Part shown: one piece after another, positions 30,542 to 40,466 of the stretch
Layout of the letters: every line of letters starts with the position of its first letter
Numbering within the stretch: the first letter of the stretch is position 1
NCBI GenBank assembly: GCA_965208125.1
Contig: OZ242320.1
Location: 3,904,001-3,968,000, forward strand
DNA length: 64,000 bases
Source of the DNA: Candidatus Latescibacterota bacterium
GTDB taxonomy: Bacteria; Latescibacterota; UBA2968
Direction of reading: 5' to 3'
The notes under the pieces: generated by a model
Databases searched by the model: none
The model's input: only the letters and a program-made list of their open reading frames with translations
What the model was told of the DNA's origin: nothing
Program-made: the position numbers and the translations under genes

Positions 30542-31381
30542 TCACGGAGAATCTGATCGCTGTTTTCTACCCCCCAATGTGGCGCCGCCATCAATGGTCA
30601 GTGCCTGGCCGGTGATATTTTTCCCTTTGTCACTCGCCAAGAAGACGACCATGTGGCCCACATCTTCGGGGGTTTGTTCGGTTCCCAGGGGGACGCTGTT
30701 GCGGATTACATCTTCGAAAATTTCTCTTGCGGTAAATCCCTTGTATGCCGGGTTGTTGTTTTTGATTTGAGATGCGATCATTTCCCAGGCGCGCGTCCAG
30801 AGGTAGCCAGGGCATATTGCGTTGACTCTGATTCCACGCCCTGCGAGTTGGCTGGCTAAAGTTCTGGTCAAATGAATGACTCCGGCTTTGGCCGCGCCAT
30901 AAGCTGGCATGGAAACGCTGGGCATTAACGCGGCGATAGATGCGATGTTGATGATGCTGGATCCGTGGCTGAGATGTGGAATGGCTGCTCTGGATGAGAC
31001 AAAGGCGGTTCGGAGATTGGTGTGTAGATGCGCATCCCAGTTGTCAACGGATAATTCCGTCAGTGGAATTTCCAGCGATGCTCTGGCCGCGTTTGTATCC
31101 GGTCCTCCAATGCCCGCGTTGTTGACGAGGATATCGAGTGAGCCGAGTTCTGCAACAACCAGATCTGTTGCCGAGTGCATGGCGGTTTCATCAGATGCAT
31201 CAGCTGATAGCCCTATTGCGGGCATTTTGAGCGTTTTTGCAGTTTTTTTTGCGCCATCCCCATCTAGGTCGGCAATGGCGATTTTCGCACCCGCATCCGA
31301 TAGGTGTTGCGCAATGGCCGCTCCAATGCCTTGCGCACCACCGGTTATGAGTGCAACTCGATTTTGTAATTCCAGGCTCAC
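30542..31381 (-). CDS. Short-chain dehydrogenase/reductase
   Basis: TGGAQGIG, NNAG, YGAAK, NAICPG; GTG start overlapping upstream stop. Confidence 0.92.
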   Translation of the reverse strand: MSLELQNRVALITGGAQGIGAAIAQHLSDAGAKIAIADLDGDGAKKTAKTLKMPAIGLSADASDETAMHSATDLVVAELGSLDILVNNAGIGGPDTNAARASLEIPLTELSVDNWDAHLHTNLRTAFVSSRAAIPHLSHGSSIINIASIAALMPSVSMPAYGAAKAGVIHLTRTLASQLAGRGIRVNAICPGYLWTRAWEMIASQIKNNNPAYKGFTAREIFEDVIRNSVPLGTEQTPEDVGHMVVFLASDKGKNITGQALTIDGGATLGGRKQRSDSP

Positions 31382-34287
31382 GGTTGTTCCTTTTCCAATT
31401 TCAATCCGAGTGTTTTTCCCTTTTGCACGGCTGGAATGCCCGCGCTCATCCACACAGGGGCGGGGGCGTCTTTGAGGTAGTGATCAAAGAATTGTTGCAG
31501 GCGGATGCTCCAATCTTTGCGGTTGTGGTGTTTGCGAATGCCGTGGGCTTCTCCGTTGTAATTGACGAGCCATGCGGGTTTGCCCAGGCGGCGCAGGGCA
31601 ACAAAGAGTTCGATGCCCTGGTACCAGGGTACTGCGCCGTCGTCGTCGTTGTGCAAGATAAGCAAAGGCGTTTGGATTTTGTCTGCCCAGAAGATGGGTG
31701 AGTTTTCGATAAACCGCGTGGGGGCTTCCCAGAGCGAGCCGCCAATGCGACTCTGGCTTTTTTCGTATTGCATCATGCGGCTCAGTCCCGAAGCCCAGCG
31801 AATGCCGCCGTACGCACTGATCATATTTGAGACGGGTGCGCCGGCTTCGGCTGCCCGAAATATATTGGTCCGGGTGATCATATAGGCGATTTGATAGCCA
31901 CCCCAACTGTGGCCCTGTACGCCGATTCGGTCGGGATTGACGAATCCCCGATTTATGAGGTGCGTCACGCCAGAGACAACGGCGTTGACGGCACTTTCTC
32001 CGGGGAAGCCGACTTTGTAGGGGATGTCCGGGATAAAGATCAGATACCCGCGGCTGACGTAAAATGGGAAATTTATGGAGGCACCAGAGGCTCTTGGTGC
32101 CCGGTGGGCGTGTAGTTGATGGGACATTTTTTCATAGAAATAGACCAGCATGGGATATTTCTGGGCGGGGTCAAAATTTTCGGGTTTGTAGAGTATGCCC
32201 TGCAGGGGTTTGCCGTCGAGCGAGACCCATTCGACGAGTTCGGCAGTGCCCCACAGGTAGTCTTTTTGTTGGGGATTGACTTCGCTTATTTTTCGCGCAT
32301 TCTGAAAATTGAGATCAGAGGTCCAGAGGTCGGGATATTCTTCAAAAGAGGATTGTCTGAAGAGGAGTACGTCGGTGTCTTTGGCTTTTTGGAGGTTGGA
32401 AAACCGTTTGTCGCGCGCGATGAGTTCAGCGGGTTTGTCAGTACTTTCAATGCGATCCCGATAGTAGCCCATAGCTTTGGTTTTGAGATTGAAACCCGAT
32501 AAAAACAAATCGACTTTAGGATCGCGTGCCCGTTCTTCGGGGTCGAGGCTTACGTATCGAAAGCGCGTTTCGGTCTCGCGTCCCACCCCTTCGGTGATGT
32601 TGACGGGTGCTTTGCGCCCTTTGGGATCGGTGAGCCAGATGTCGTAGCGGTCGTAAACGAGAAATTCTTTGTCGCCTTTTGTCCATCCGGCATTGCCATG
32701 TGCGCTGGGTGGATACGGCCAGTCGTGCAATTCGTTGTGAATGGGATGGGGGATATTTTTGCTGACTCTGACGCGGATCAAGTTTTTGACATGCTGAACA
32801 TACCAATTTTTCTGGATGCGATCCCACCAGTAGATGTAGTTGGACTCGGGTGAAAGGGTGGGACGCGTCTGCATTTTGGTGAGTACGCGCGTTGCTTCAC
32901 CGGTTTTTATGTCGATCAAATAGCTGTCGTAATAAGCTGGAGAATCCCACGAAATGAGTTGTCGATAGGGGAGAATCGAATAGCCTACCGCGACATCGGC
33001 ATTGCCCTCGCTCCCCAGGCGAATAGCGGGGATGGTCTCTGTGGCGAGTTGAACGATTTTGCCATTGTTGAGGTGAAAGACGGCGCGATAAGTGCGTTCG
33101 CGTTCCTCTTTGGCATCTTTGAGTTGCATGGGTTGGAGATAGGGGTCTTTCCAGTTCCAGATATCGACTGCTACTTTTTCGTCGTCGGGCGTGTCGTCCT
33201 CTGCTTCCACTTCTGGTCTGGGAGCGGTACCAAAAAAGAGGCGCTTGCCATTTTTGGAAAAGGAGAGGTTGGCGTGTTCGCTGACCCACCAATTGGAGGG
33301 CATGCCCTTTGTTCCAGATCGGGCGATTTCTTTTGCTTTATTGCGCGAGCCAACGGGCCAGTAATAGAGGGCGTATTCCTGCTGCTCTGCGCTAAAGCTG
33401 TCGCGGTTGGCAATAAATGCGAGATGGAGACTGGATTCGTCGGTGGTGATTTTTTTGTAATCACCCGCGCCCGTGAGTATGGCTGTGGTGTCGCCCGTGC
33501 TGGTGCGAATGGCGTATATGCCATCGGCTGTGCTGTCTTTGTTGGCGGCGGCAAAAATGAGATACGAACCGCTTTCTGTGAAGGCATAGGAGATGACGTG
33601 GTTATATCGCGTTTCAGCACTGGTCTGGAGGTTGCGGAGAACGAGCGTGGTGCCTTCGGCTTTTTTGCGTTTTTTCTTGTCTTTCGGTTCTTCCTTTTTC
33701 ACTTCTTTAGTTTCAGGCTTTTGTTTGGGCTGTTTTTCGGGTTTGGGTGTTTGCTCTTCTTTTTTTTCTTCAGGTTCGGGTGCTTTTTTCTTTTTGTTTG
33801 CAGTGCTGTCTTTTTTTGCGATTTCTTTTTCCAGAAAATAGGCGACCCATCTTCCGTTTTCTTTGGGTAGTTTGAAGGATTTGACGCGCGCGGCTTTAAA
33901 GATGTCTCCCGTGGCGAGAGTGATGATGCCTATGGAGTCTTTAGGCGATTCTTCGGGCTTTTTCTTGTCGCGTTTTGCCTGTTTTACCGAGTCTTTGAAG
34001 GCTTTGATGAGGGTGACGATATAATGCGAGTCTCTGGTGAATCGAATGGATTCTCCGCGCGGTATCGCGTAGGAGCGGTCGTCTGTGAGGCTTGCGATGC
34101 GGAGTTGGGTGTCTTTTTCATCGGGGCCGATAGAGAGAAAAGCCCATTGTCCATTGTCGGAGATATTACTGGCGTGCGTGCGATTCCACACGTCGTACGC
34201 GTCGTGATCCAGCGGCTTTTTCCCCTGGGCAAAGACGAGCGGAGATAAAAACAAGAGCACAGATAGAAGGCAAGTAGATAGGCGCAT
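31378..34287 (-). CDS. Exported S9 family (prolyl oligopeptidase/dipeptidyl peptidase-like) peptidase
   Basis: Signal peptide; beta-propeller; GHSWGG, D..D.AVP, EAH triad; K/E/P-rich insertion. Confidence 0.92.
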   Translation of the reverse strand: MRLSTCLLSVLLFLSPLVFAQGKKPLDHDAYDVWNRTHASNISDNGQWAFLSIGPDEKDTQLRIASLTDDRSYAIPRGESIRFTRDSHYIVTLIKAFKDSVKQAKRDKKKPEESPKDSIGIITLATGDIFKAARVKSFKLPKENGRWVAYFLEKEIAKKDSTANKKKKAPEPEEKKEEQTPKPEKQPKQKPETKEVKKEEPKDKKKRKKAEGTTLVLRNLQTSAETRYNHVISYAFTESGSYLIFAAANKDSTADGIYAIRTSTGDTTAILTGAGDYKKITTDESSLHLAFIANRDSFSAEQQEYALYYWPVGSRNKAKEIARSGTKGMPSNWWVSEHANLSFSKNGKRLFFGTAPRPEVEAEDDTPDDEKVAVDIWNWKDPYLQPMQLKDAKEERERTYRAVFHLNNGKIVQLATETIPAIRLGSEGNADVAVGYSILPYRQLISWDSPAYYDSYLIDIKTGEATRVLTKMQTRPTLSPESNYIYWWDRIQKNWYVQHVKNLIRVRVSKNIPHPIHNELHDWPYPPSAHGNAGWTKGDKEFLVYDRYDIWLTDPKGRKAPVNITEGVGRETETRFRYVSLDPEERARDPKVDLFLSGFNLKTKAMGYYRDRIESTDKPAELIARDKRFSNLQKAKDTDVLLFRQSSFEEYPDLWTSDLNFQNARKISEVNPQQKDYLWGTAELVEWVSLDGKPLQGILYKPENFDPAQKYPMLVYFYEKMSHQLHAHRAPRASGASINFPFYVSRGYLIFIPDIPYKVGFPGESAVNAVVSGVTHLINRGFVNPDRIGVQGHSWGGYQIAYMITRTNIFRAAEAGAPVSNMISAYGGIRWASGLSRMMQYEKSQSRIGGSLWEAPTRFIENSPIFWADKIQTPLLILHNDDDGAVPWYQGIELFVALRRLGKPAWLVNYNGEAHGIRKHHNRKDWSIRLQQFFDHYLKDAPAPVWMSAGIPAVQKGKTLGLKLEKEQP

Positions 34288-34367
34288 AGGTAATCTCTCA
34301 GAAGCAGGTCAAACTTTTGGGCGGATCGTTTTGGTCAATATAATATAATAAAGTGATGTGGAAAAAT

Positions 34368-34397
34368 AAAAGCCGACGTTTGTTTGTCGGCTTTTTT
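34368..34397. terminator. Intrinsic terminator hairpin
   Basis: AAAAGCCGAC-8 nt-GTCGGCTTTTTT. Confidence 0.75.
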
Positions 34398-34426
34398 GTT
34401 CAGAGCTATACCTCTTCACATAGTAC

Positions 34427-34903
34427 TCAAAAATTTGATTCTACATGGTATTTAGCAGAGTATTCTTTCAGATTCTTTTTTATTTGTTGAAATTGCGTGT
34501 ATGAACATGTACCCGCGGGAATTTCAATGGGGTGTGCAGGTTGGGCTTTTGGTATAATTTCCACGCCGTTGATCTTGAGGTGCATCGCCTGGATTTCATC
34601 CCAGGATATTTTTTTTGCGTGTCCGCGTCGCTTGGCTTTGATCTCCAGCCCTTCATTGCTGAATACCACACGTGGTCGTCCGAATTTTTTTGGAAGACAG
34701 AGAGTAACGATCATTGCAACGATGATAGCAATACCGCCAATTAGCAGAATCCTGGCTGTTACCCAATCAAAGGTATGGTGTGCGTCCGACAGTTGCTGCC
34801 AGCCCTGGTATATGCAGTTGATTGCGAGTACAATGGTGAGAACGACAAATAACTTCGTCCGGCGAGGGTCTTCTACGTCAAAGTAAATTGTAAAAGTATC
34901 CAT
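34427..34903 (-). CDS. Hypothetical membrane protein (2 TM + PH-like domain)
   Basis: Two TMs then V.F.NEGL.I....ISWDEI pattern. Confidence 0.6.
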   Translation of the reverse strand: MDTFTIYFDVEDPRRTKLFVVLTIVLAINCIYQGWQQLSDAHHTFDWVTARILLIGGIAIIVAMIVTLCLPKKFGRPRVVFSNEGLEIKAKRRGHAKKISWDEIQAMHLKINGVEIIPKAQPAHPIEIPAGTCSYTQFQQIKKNLKEYSAKYHVESNF

Positions 34904-34930
34904 GCATCATTCTCCAGAGTTTTGCAGGAC

Positions 34931-35188
34931 TTATCGCTCAGTCTCATCCTTTGAAACCTCACCTCGATCATCCTCTGAAATGTGGCGGATTTCTCCAGCG
35001 CGTTGCTGTACGACTTCTTGTGCTGCGCGTTTTTTGTCTTCGTTGAGCATGAGGTCTGTTGCACCGAGCATCGTGGTAGCCGATCCGCCTGCACCTTTGC
35101 GACTGCCTTTTACAAGTGCGTAAATTGCATAGCCGATGAGCAAAATTGCGATAAGTGTAAAAATGGCGACACCCAGGAAATGCTCCAT
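34931..35188 (-). CDS. Small single-TM hypothetical protein
   Basis: N-terminal TM, abuts natB stop, GGAG RBS. Confidence 0.6.
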   Translation of the reverse strand: MEHFLGVAIFTLIAILLIGYAIYALVKGSRKGAGGSATTMLGATDLMLNEDKKRAAQEVVQQRAGEIRHISEDDRGEVSKDETER

Positions 35189-36385
35189 TTAAGTCTCCCG
35201 AAAGATCGTGCTTTCGCGTTCAAACCATCTGGCGCAGCCGTAGAGGCTTAGGGCTGCAAGGGCGATGAGCGAGGCATAGACTTCGAACAATAGGGGTAGT
35301 TTGATGGTTCCCGCGAAAATTTCTTTTGATGCAAGCGAGACATTTAAGACCGGTATGAGCGATGTGATGGCATTGAGCTCGATGCCGGGCAAGAGGCCGA
35401 TAAATACGGGAATAATAATGATGATGTTGAGGGGAGCCATAATGCTCTGCGCTTCTTTGAAAGATTTGGCAAAGATGGAGACGGACATTAAGGCGGCGGC
35501 AAAAAAGATGGTTAAGGGCAGGCACAGAGAAAGTACCAGGAGGATGGATGATATTTCGAACATGCCCTGTAGCGCGTCGAGGATTCTTGCGACAATTTCT
35601 CGTTGTAACATAACAGCTATAAAAAAACCGATAAAACTGTTGGCGATTGACGCAAATCCCGATAGGACAATCACGCCACATTTGCCCAGCAAGATCTGAA
35701 TTTTGCTGACGGGGGCAACGAGCAATGTTTCGAGGGTGGCGCGTTCTTTTTCGCCTGCGCCGAGGTCAAGGGCTGGATACATACACCCCATAAAACACAT
35801 TATGACAAAAATATAAGGCAAAAAACCACCTACGCTTTTTCCGATTCTTTCCCGTTGAGAAGCAATATCGTGGCGTTTGACCAGTACGGGATCCACGATC
35901 ATGCGGTCGAGGGCAAGCCTTTGGAATCGGTTGTTGACGATCTGGTTTTCGTAGTCTCGAATCAGACTTGTCAGGCGATTGCGAGATGCGTCCATATCTC
36001 TGGAGGATTTGAAATAGAGATGGATTTGACCGCGCTGTAAGTCGGTGATTTGGGCATCAAATTGCTCATCAATGCGAATGGCGGCATCTATGCTGTCGGA
36101 GCGGATGAGTTGAGGGATTATGTCTTCTGTTATGTCTTCTCGAATTTTCAGGTCGTCGCGTTTGAGCAGGGTTTCGCGGAATGCCTCTGCATTGCCATTT
36201 GTGATCAGGGCAACTACGAGTGTTTTGGTTCTGACTTTTTGGGCCTGACGAGTAGTAAAGACTGCTGCAATTGTGAATAACAGCGGGAATAACAGCATTG
36301 GTATGATGAACATCATCATCATCGAACGCCGGTCGCGCGTGATGTCCTTAAATTCTTTTTTGAAGATGGTGAGGATCGTTTTCAT
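35189..36385 (-). CDS. natB: ABC-2 Na+ efflux permease, NatB-like
   Basis: KKEFKD..RDRR, AGEKERATLETLL..P, KSFKEAQS, IPVLN. Confidence 0.85.
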   Translation of the reverse strand: MKTILTIFKKEFKDITRDRRSMMMMFIIPMLLFPLLFTIAAVFTTRQAQKVRTKTLVVALITNGNAEAFRETLLKRDDLKIREDITEDIIPQLIRSDSIDAAIRIDEQFDAQITDLQRGQIHLYFKSSRDMDASRNRLTSLIRDYENQIVNNRFQRLALDRMIVDPVLVKRHDIASQRERIGKSVGGFLPYIFVIMCFMGCMYPALDLGAGEKERATLETLLVAPVSKIQILLGKCGVIVLSGFASIANSFIGFFIAVMLQREIVARILDALQGMFEISSILLVLSLCLPLTIFFAAALMSVSIFAKSFKEAQSIMAPLNIIIIIPVFIGLLPGIELNAITSLIPVLNVSLASKEIFAGTIKLPLLFEVYASLIALAALSLYGCARWFERESTIFRET

Positions 36386-36405
36386 GGGGGCCTCTGTTAG
36401 CAAAT

Positions 36406-37173
36406 CTATGCCTGTTCAACGATGCGGATAAATTCGTCTTCCAGTGTGGGGGTTTGCATCTGGTTTTGAAAGTCTTCTAAGGTGCCGTTAAACTGCAATT
36501 GGCCTTTGTGAATGATGGCGAGGTCGTCGCTGAGCAGGCTGACTTCTCCCATGCGGTGTGTGGAAAAAATGACGGTTTTTCCCGCGTCCCGACAGTCTCG
36601 GATGAGGTGTACGATATTGCGCGAGGTGACGACGTCGAGACCGTCGGTGGGTTCGTCGAATACAATGACATCGGGGTCGTGTATGATCGTGCGTACAATG
36701 GAGACTTTTTGTTTCATGCCCGTGGAGAGTTTGCCAATGCGGCGGTTTGCAAAAGCTTCCATGTCGAGAAGGGCAAAGAGGTGGTCGCGCCGCGTGTTGT
36801 AATCGGCACTGTTCATGCCGTGCAGGTCGGCAAAGTATCGCACCATTTCATTGGGGGTCAGACGATCGTACAAACCCGTGTTGCCTGTGAGAAAGCCGAG
36901 GTTTTCGCGTACGGCTTGACTTTGTGTTACAGTGTCGTATTCCGCGACGGATATGCTACCCAAAGTGGGTTTGAGCATGGTGGCAATCATGCGCAATGCG
37001 GTGGTTTTTCCCGCGCCATTGGGACCCAATAGCGCGAAGACGCGACCGGGCTGACAGGTGAAACTGATGTCGCATACCGCGTCAATGGTGTTGCCCTGAA
37101 AACCATCTCCCATTTCGCGCTTTTGTTGCCGCGATAATTTGAAGGTTTTGACAATATTTTTTGCGATAACCAT
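36406..37173 (-). CDS. natA: ABC ATP-binding protein, NatA-like
   Basis: GPNGAGKTT, LSTGMKQK, FDEPT.GLD, STH. Confidence 0.85.
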   Translation of the reverse strand: MVIAKNIVKTFKLSRQQKREMGDGFQGNTIDAVCDISFTCQPGRVFALLGPNGAGKTTALRMIATMLKPTLGSISVAEYDTVTQSQAVRENLGFLTGNTGLYDRLTPNEMVRYFADLHGMNSADYNTRRDHLFALLDMEAFANRRIGKLSTGMKQKVSIVRTIIHDPDVIVFDEPTDGLDVVTSRNIVHLIRDCRDAGKTVIFSTHRMGEVSLLSDDLAIIHKGQLQFNGTLEDFQNQMQTPTLEDEFIRIVEQA

Positions 37174-37233
37174 AATGCACTCCGCGATTACGGTTGGATA
37201 GAGATGTATTGGGATAGCCTCTTAGAAATACAT

Positions 37234-37839
37234 TCAGGTAGAGTACAAACTGCTGATTCGATCCATTGTTCTTTTTAAACTTACAGATACAGTAACAGCG
37301 CGTTCTAAATCCCAATAATCTCGTACAAATTCGTTAAAACGCGCATTATAGAGAGGACCTACTTTTGCAGTTGCTGCGCCTTGTGCAGGAGCCAATTCTC
37401 GTCTCAATGTTCTCTTTCTACTCCGTCGAGCAAGTGAAACGAGAAACTCTTTGGGTTTTTCTATATTGTCTGTGTTGTGTGGAATACTATTGAGGGATAC
37501 CGATAGAAATTTTGCGATGCTTTCACGATCTGCCATAATCCAGGATTCGATTTCCATGACTGCAACGCGAAAGAGAAATCCAGAATTTAGAGATGCTCCA
37601 ACCCAAGATTGAATGAGTTTTGTCGGGCAATTCTTTGGAGAATCTAAATCTGTCAGCAGAAAGACATTATAAAATCCTCTGGCAGTGCGATTTAGATTAC
37701 GGGCATTTTCTTTTAAGAAAGAATTGCCTTTAAATCCGATTCTTTGTACGATTTCGAGGTCAAAATATTCGAGAATTTTAGTCGAAACTGCATCGCTGAG
37801 TGTATCCTCAACGGCGAGGATTACTTTGTTTGATCTCAT
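37234..37839 (-). CDS. DUF4276/TOPRIM-like partner of ABC ATPase
   Basis: AVED, LTDLD...CP, VMEIESWIMAD, PKE.L; ATGA overlap with ATPase; AT-rich. Confidence 0.78.
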   Translation of the reverse strand: MRSNKVILAVEDTLSDAVSTKILEYFDLEIVQRIGFKGNSFLKENARNLNRTARGFYNVFLLTDLDSPKNCPTKLIQSWVGASLNSGFLFRVAVMEIESWIMADRESIAKFLSVSLNSIPHNTDNIEKPKEFLVSLARRSRKRTLRRELAPAQGAATAKVGPLYNARFNEFVRDYWDLERAVTVSVSLKRTMDRISSLYST

Positions 37840-38990
37840 TCAAAAAAACTCAATTGTTCGGCACGTTTGGGTCTGGTTCTTGGAAGCACGACGTCGCCAA
37901 CTGGAAAACCGGCCTCAAGGAGTTTCTGTACTTCATCAATATCAGAAACTATTTTTACCGCTGTTCCTTCCAGTGCTGGTGTAAGTAACAGAACTTCTCC
38001 TCCATCAATGCCTTTTTCTGCAAGCAATGCATCGCTATGTGTGCTCACAAAGACCTGGGGACGTCTGCTTCTTTGCATTCTGGAAATAAACGGTGCGAGT
38101 TGAGAGACGATACCCGCATTTAATGACAACTCTGGCTCTTCTAATAAGAGTACAGAGTCACTTTCGAGAAGAGACCATAATAAGCCCAAAAGACGGAGCG
38201 TCCCATCAGAAAATTGATCTTCTTGTTGTAAGCCCGCATTCGGACGCCAGTGGGAATAAAGGGCTTGCAAATGAGGCCTCCCTGTAATTTCATCGCGAAT
38301 AAATTCCAATTGCTCAAGTTGGGGCACGGCAATTTTTAGGGCTTGTTCAATTTTTTGCAACCGGGAACGACGTGTCCTCTCAGGAACTGTAGCAATTCTT
38401 TCCAAAAATCCTTGCCCAAAGGGATCATCTTCAACAACTCTTCCCTGAATCGAATCAGCAAACCGCAAAAGTTGAGGAACCAGATGCAAATAGGTAATGT
38501 TTTGCAAGAAATGGACAATATCCCGGAAATTTGCATTGACATTGATTTGTTCAAGAAAGGTCTGTGTGAGTCGTTGCCGGTCCTTTTTGTCGTCTGCATC
38601 TGGCCTATTGAGAATCTGTTTGCCATCTTTCCACACGCATTCATGAGTAAGAAAAGGCTGGCGATAACCCCGAGGTTCCTGCCTAATTCCTATCGCATAT
38701 CGCCAGGTTTCGGAAGATTCTGCATTATCTGCAAGGTGAATTTCTATTTCGATTTCCGGATCTTGTCGCGCCGCCAAGCAACGGATTTTAGATACACCTC
38801 CGCGGTCTTTAACCGCTTTCTGCAATCCACCTCCTTCTGCTTTTACAATATCTCGAAGAAAGCGAAAAATATCGAGCAGGTTAGACTTACCGGACGCATT
38901 TGCACCTACGACAAACTGACGCTCACGCAATGGGACATCAAGTTCTCGAAAATTGCGCCAGTTTTTTACAATAAGACGTTTGATCATCAT
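37836..38990 (-). CDS. AAA_21/ABC-type ATPase (putative defence)
   Basis: KNWRNF, GANASGKSN, FSDGTLR, LLEEPE, STHS. Confidence 0.88.
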   Translation of the reverse strand: MMIKRLIVKNWRNFRELDVPLRERQFVVGANASGKSNLLDIFRFLRDIVKAEGGGLQKAVKDRGGVSKIRCLAARQDPEIEIEIHLADNAESSETWRYAIGIRQEPRGYRQPFLTHECVWKDGKQILNRPDADDKKDRQRLTQTFLEQINVNANFRDIVHFLQNITYLHLVPQLLRFADSIQGRVVEDDPFGQGFLERIATVPERTRRSRLQKIEQALKIAVPQLEQLEFIRDEITGRPHLQALYSHWRPNAGLQQEDQFSDGTLRLLGLLWSLLESDSVLLLEEPELSLNAGIVSQLAPFISRMQRSRRPQVFVSTHSDALLAEKGIDGGEVLLLTPALEGTAVKIVSDIDEVQKLLEAGFPVGDVVLPRTRPKRAEQLSFFE

Positions 38991-39209
38991 AACGACAACT
39001 CCCATGAAAACCTAAATGGCTCATTGCTCAAGCTCATCCATGGAAACATGATCTTCAGCAGTAGAAATAACAGTATTAATAAACTTATTCGAGATGGGTG
39101 TATTGGGCAAGCCATTTTGTAAGTGCGATGCGCGCGGTATCAGATATAGTGTGTTCAATTTTAATAATGGCATATATTCTCCTGTAAGCAAGTCTGTAAA
39201 AGAGGAGAT

Positions 39210-40430
39210 ATGGACAAACGCGTTCTAAACAGTCCAGTTGAAGCCTCAGATCGCATTGAGAGTCTGGATGTGTTGCGCGGCTTTGCCGTGCTTGGTATCC
39301 TGGTCATGAACATCCAGTCATTTGCAATGCCTGGGGCGGCGTACCTGAACCCGACGGCTTATGGCGATCTCAATGGTATCAACTTTTTTACCTGGCTGAT
39401 TAGCTACTTGCTCGTTGATCAGAAGTTTATGTCAATCTTTTCAATGCTCTTTGGTGCCGGTATCTGCCTGTTTGCAGATCGCGCAGAGGCTCGCAGTGGT
39501 CGCTCCGCTGGCTTGCACTACCGCCGCACATTCTATCTACTCGTCTTCGGCCTTGTGCATGCCTATTTTTTGTGGTCGGGCGATATATTGGTTGCCTACG
39601 CGCTTTGCGGCTCCGTCATCTTTCTTTTTCGGAATCGTTCGCCGCGCACGCTGGTGGTTATCGGCCTCGTTGTTTTTGCAGTGGCGAGTGTGCTGTCCAT
39701 CGGAATAGGTCTGACAACAGAGTTTATTCCCGAAAAAGATGTGGCGGATATCACCGCGATGTGGGCACCGGATGCGGCCAAAATCGATGCGGAGTTGCTC
39801 GCTTATCGCAGCGGATGGTTCACACTGCAGGCGCAACGAACCAGCGATACACTGGGAATGCATACGACGGTCCTGCCAATGGAAGTGTTTTGGCAATCCG
39901 CAGGTATCATGCTGATGGGCATGGCTCTCTACCGCTGGCACATCCTGAGCGCAACCCGAAGCGATCAATTCTATCGCCACCTCGCGCTCATCGGATTCGG
40001 TGTGGGCTTGCCAGTCGTTGCTGCGGGTGCATGGTGGAATTTTGCGGCCGGGTGGAACTGGGAGCGTTCGATGTTCCTTGGGTCGCAGTTCAACTATTGG
40101 GGAAGTCTCGCTATGGCATTTGGATACATCGGTCTTGTAATGTTGGCGGTTCGGCGCGGATGGTTCTCTGGCTTACAGATGCGCCTGGCAGCAGCCGGCC
40201 GGATGGCGTTCACCAATTACATCGCACAAACACTGATCTGCACGACTATTTTTTATGGGCATGGATTCGGGTTTTTCGGGCGCGTTGACCGCTGGCAACA
40301 GGCCATAGTCGTCATCGCTGTATGGGGCATCCAACTTTGGTGGTCGCCGTTGCTGATGAGGCGTTTCCGGTATGGTCCGTTGGAATGGAGTTGGCGGGCA
40401 TTGACCTACTGGCGGATCCTAGGACGATAG
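39210..40430 (+). CDS. DUF418 (YeiB-like) membrane protein
   Basis: RIESLDVLRGFA.LGI, KF..IFSMLFG, GDIL..YA, GRMAFTNY, GPLEW.WR.LTY. Confidence 0.9.
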   Translation: MDKRVLNSPVEASDRIESLDVLRGFAVLGILVMNIQSFAMPGAAYLNPTAYGDLNGINFFTWLISYLLVDQKFMSIFSMLFGAGICLFADRAEARSGRSAGLHYRRTFYLLVFGLVHAYFLWSGDILVAYALCGSVIFLFRNRSPRTLVVIGLVVFAVASVLSIGIGLTTEFIPEKDVADITAMWAPDAAKIDAELLAYRSGWFTLQAQRTSDTLGMHTTVLPMEVFWQSAGIMLMGMALYRWHILSATRSDQFYRHLALIGFGVGLPVVAAGAWWNFAAGWNWERSMFLGSQFNYWGSLAMAFGYIGLVMLAVRRGWFSGLQMRLAAAGRMAFTNYIAQTLICTTIFYGHGFGFFGRVDRWQQAIVVIAVWGIQLWWSPLLMRRFRYGPLEWSWRALTYWRILGR

Positions 40431-40466
40431 CGCGAATTTTGCTTCACATGATTCAAAGGAGATAAC

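Noticed and set aside
33660-33830. T-rich low-complexity tract resembling a repeat array
   Set aside because: In-frame Lys/Glu/Pro-rich linker of the S9 peptidase
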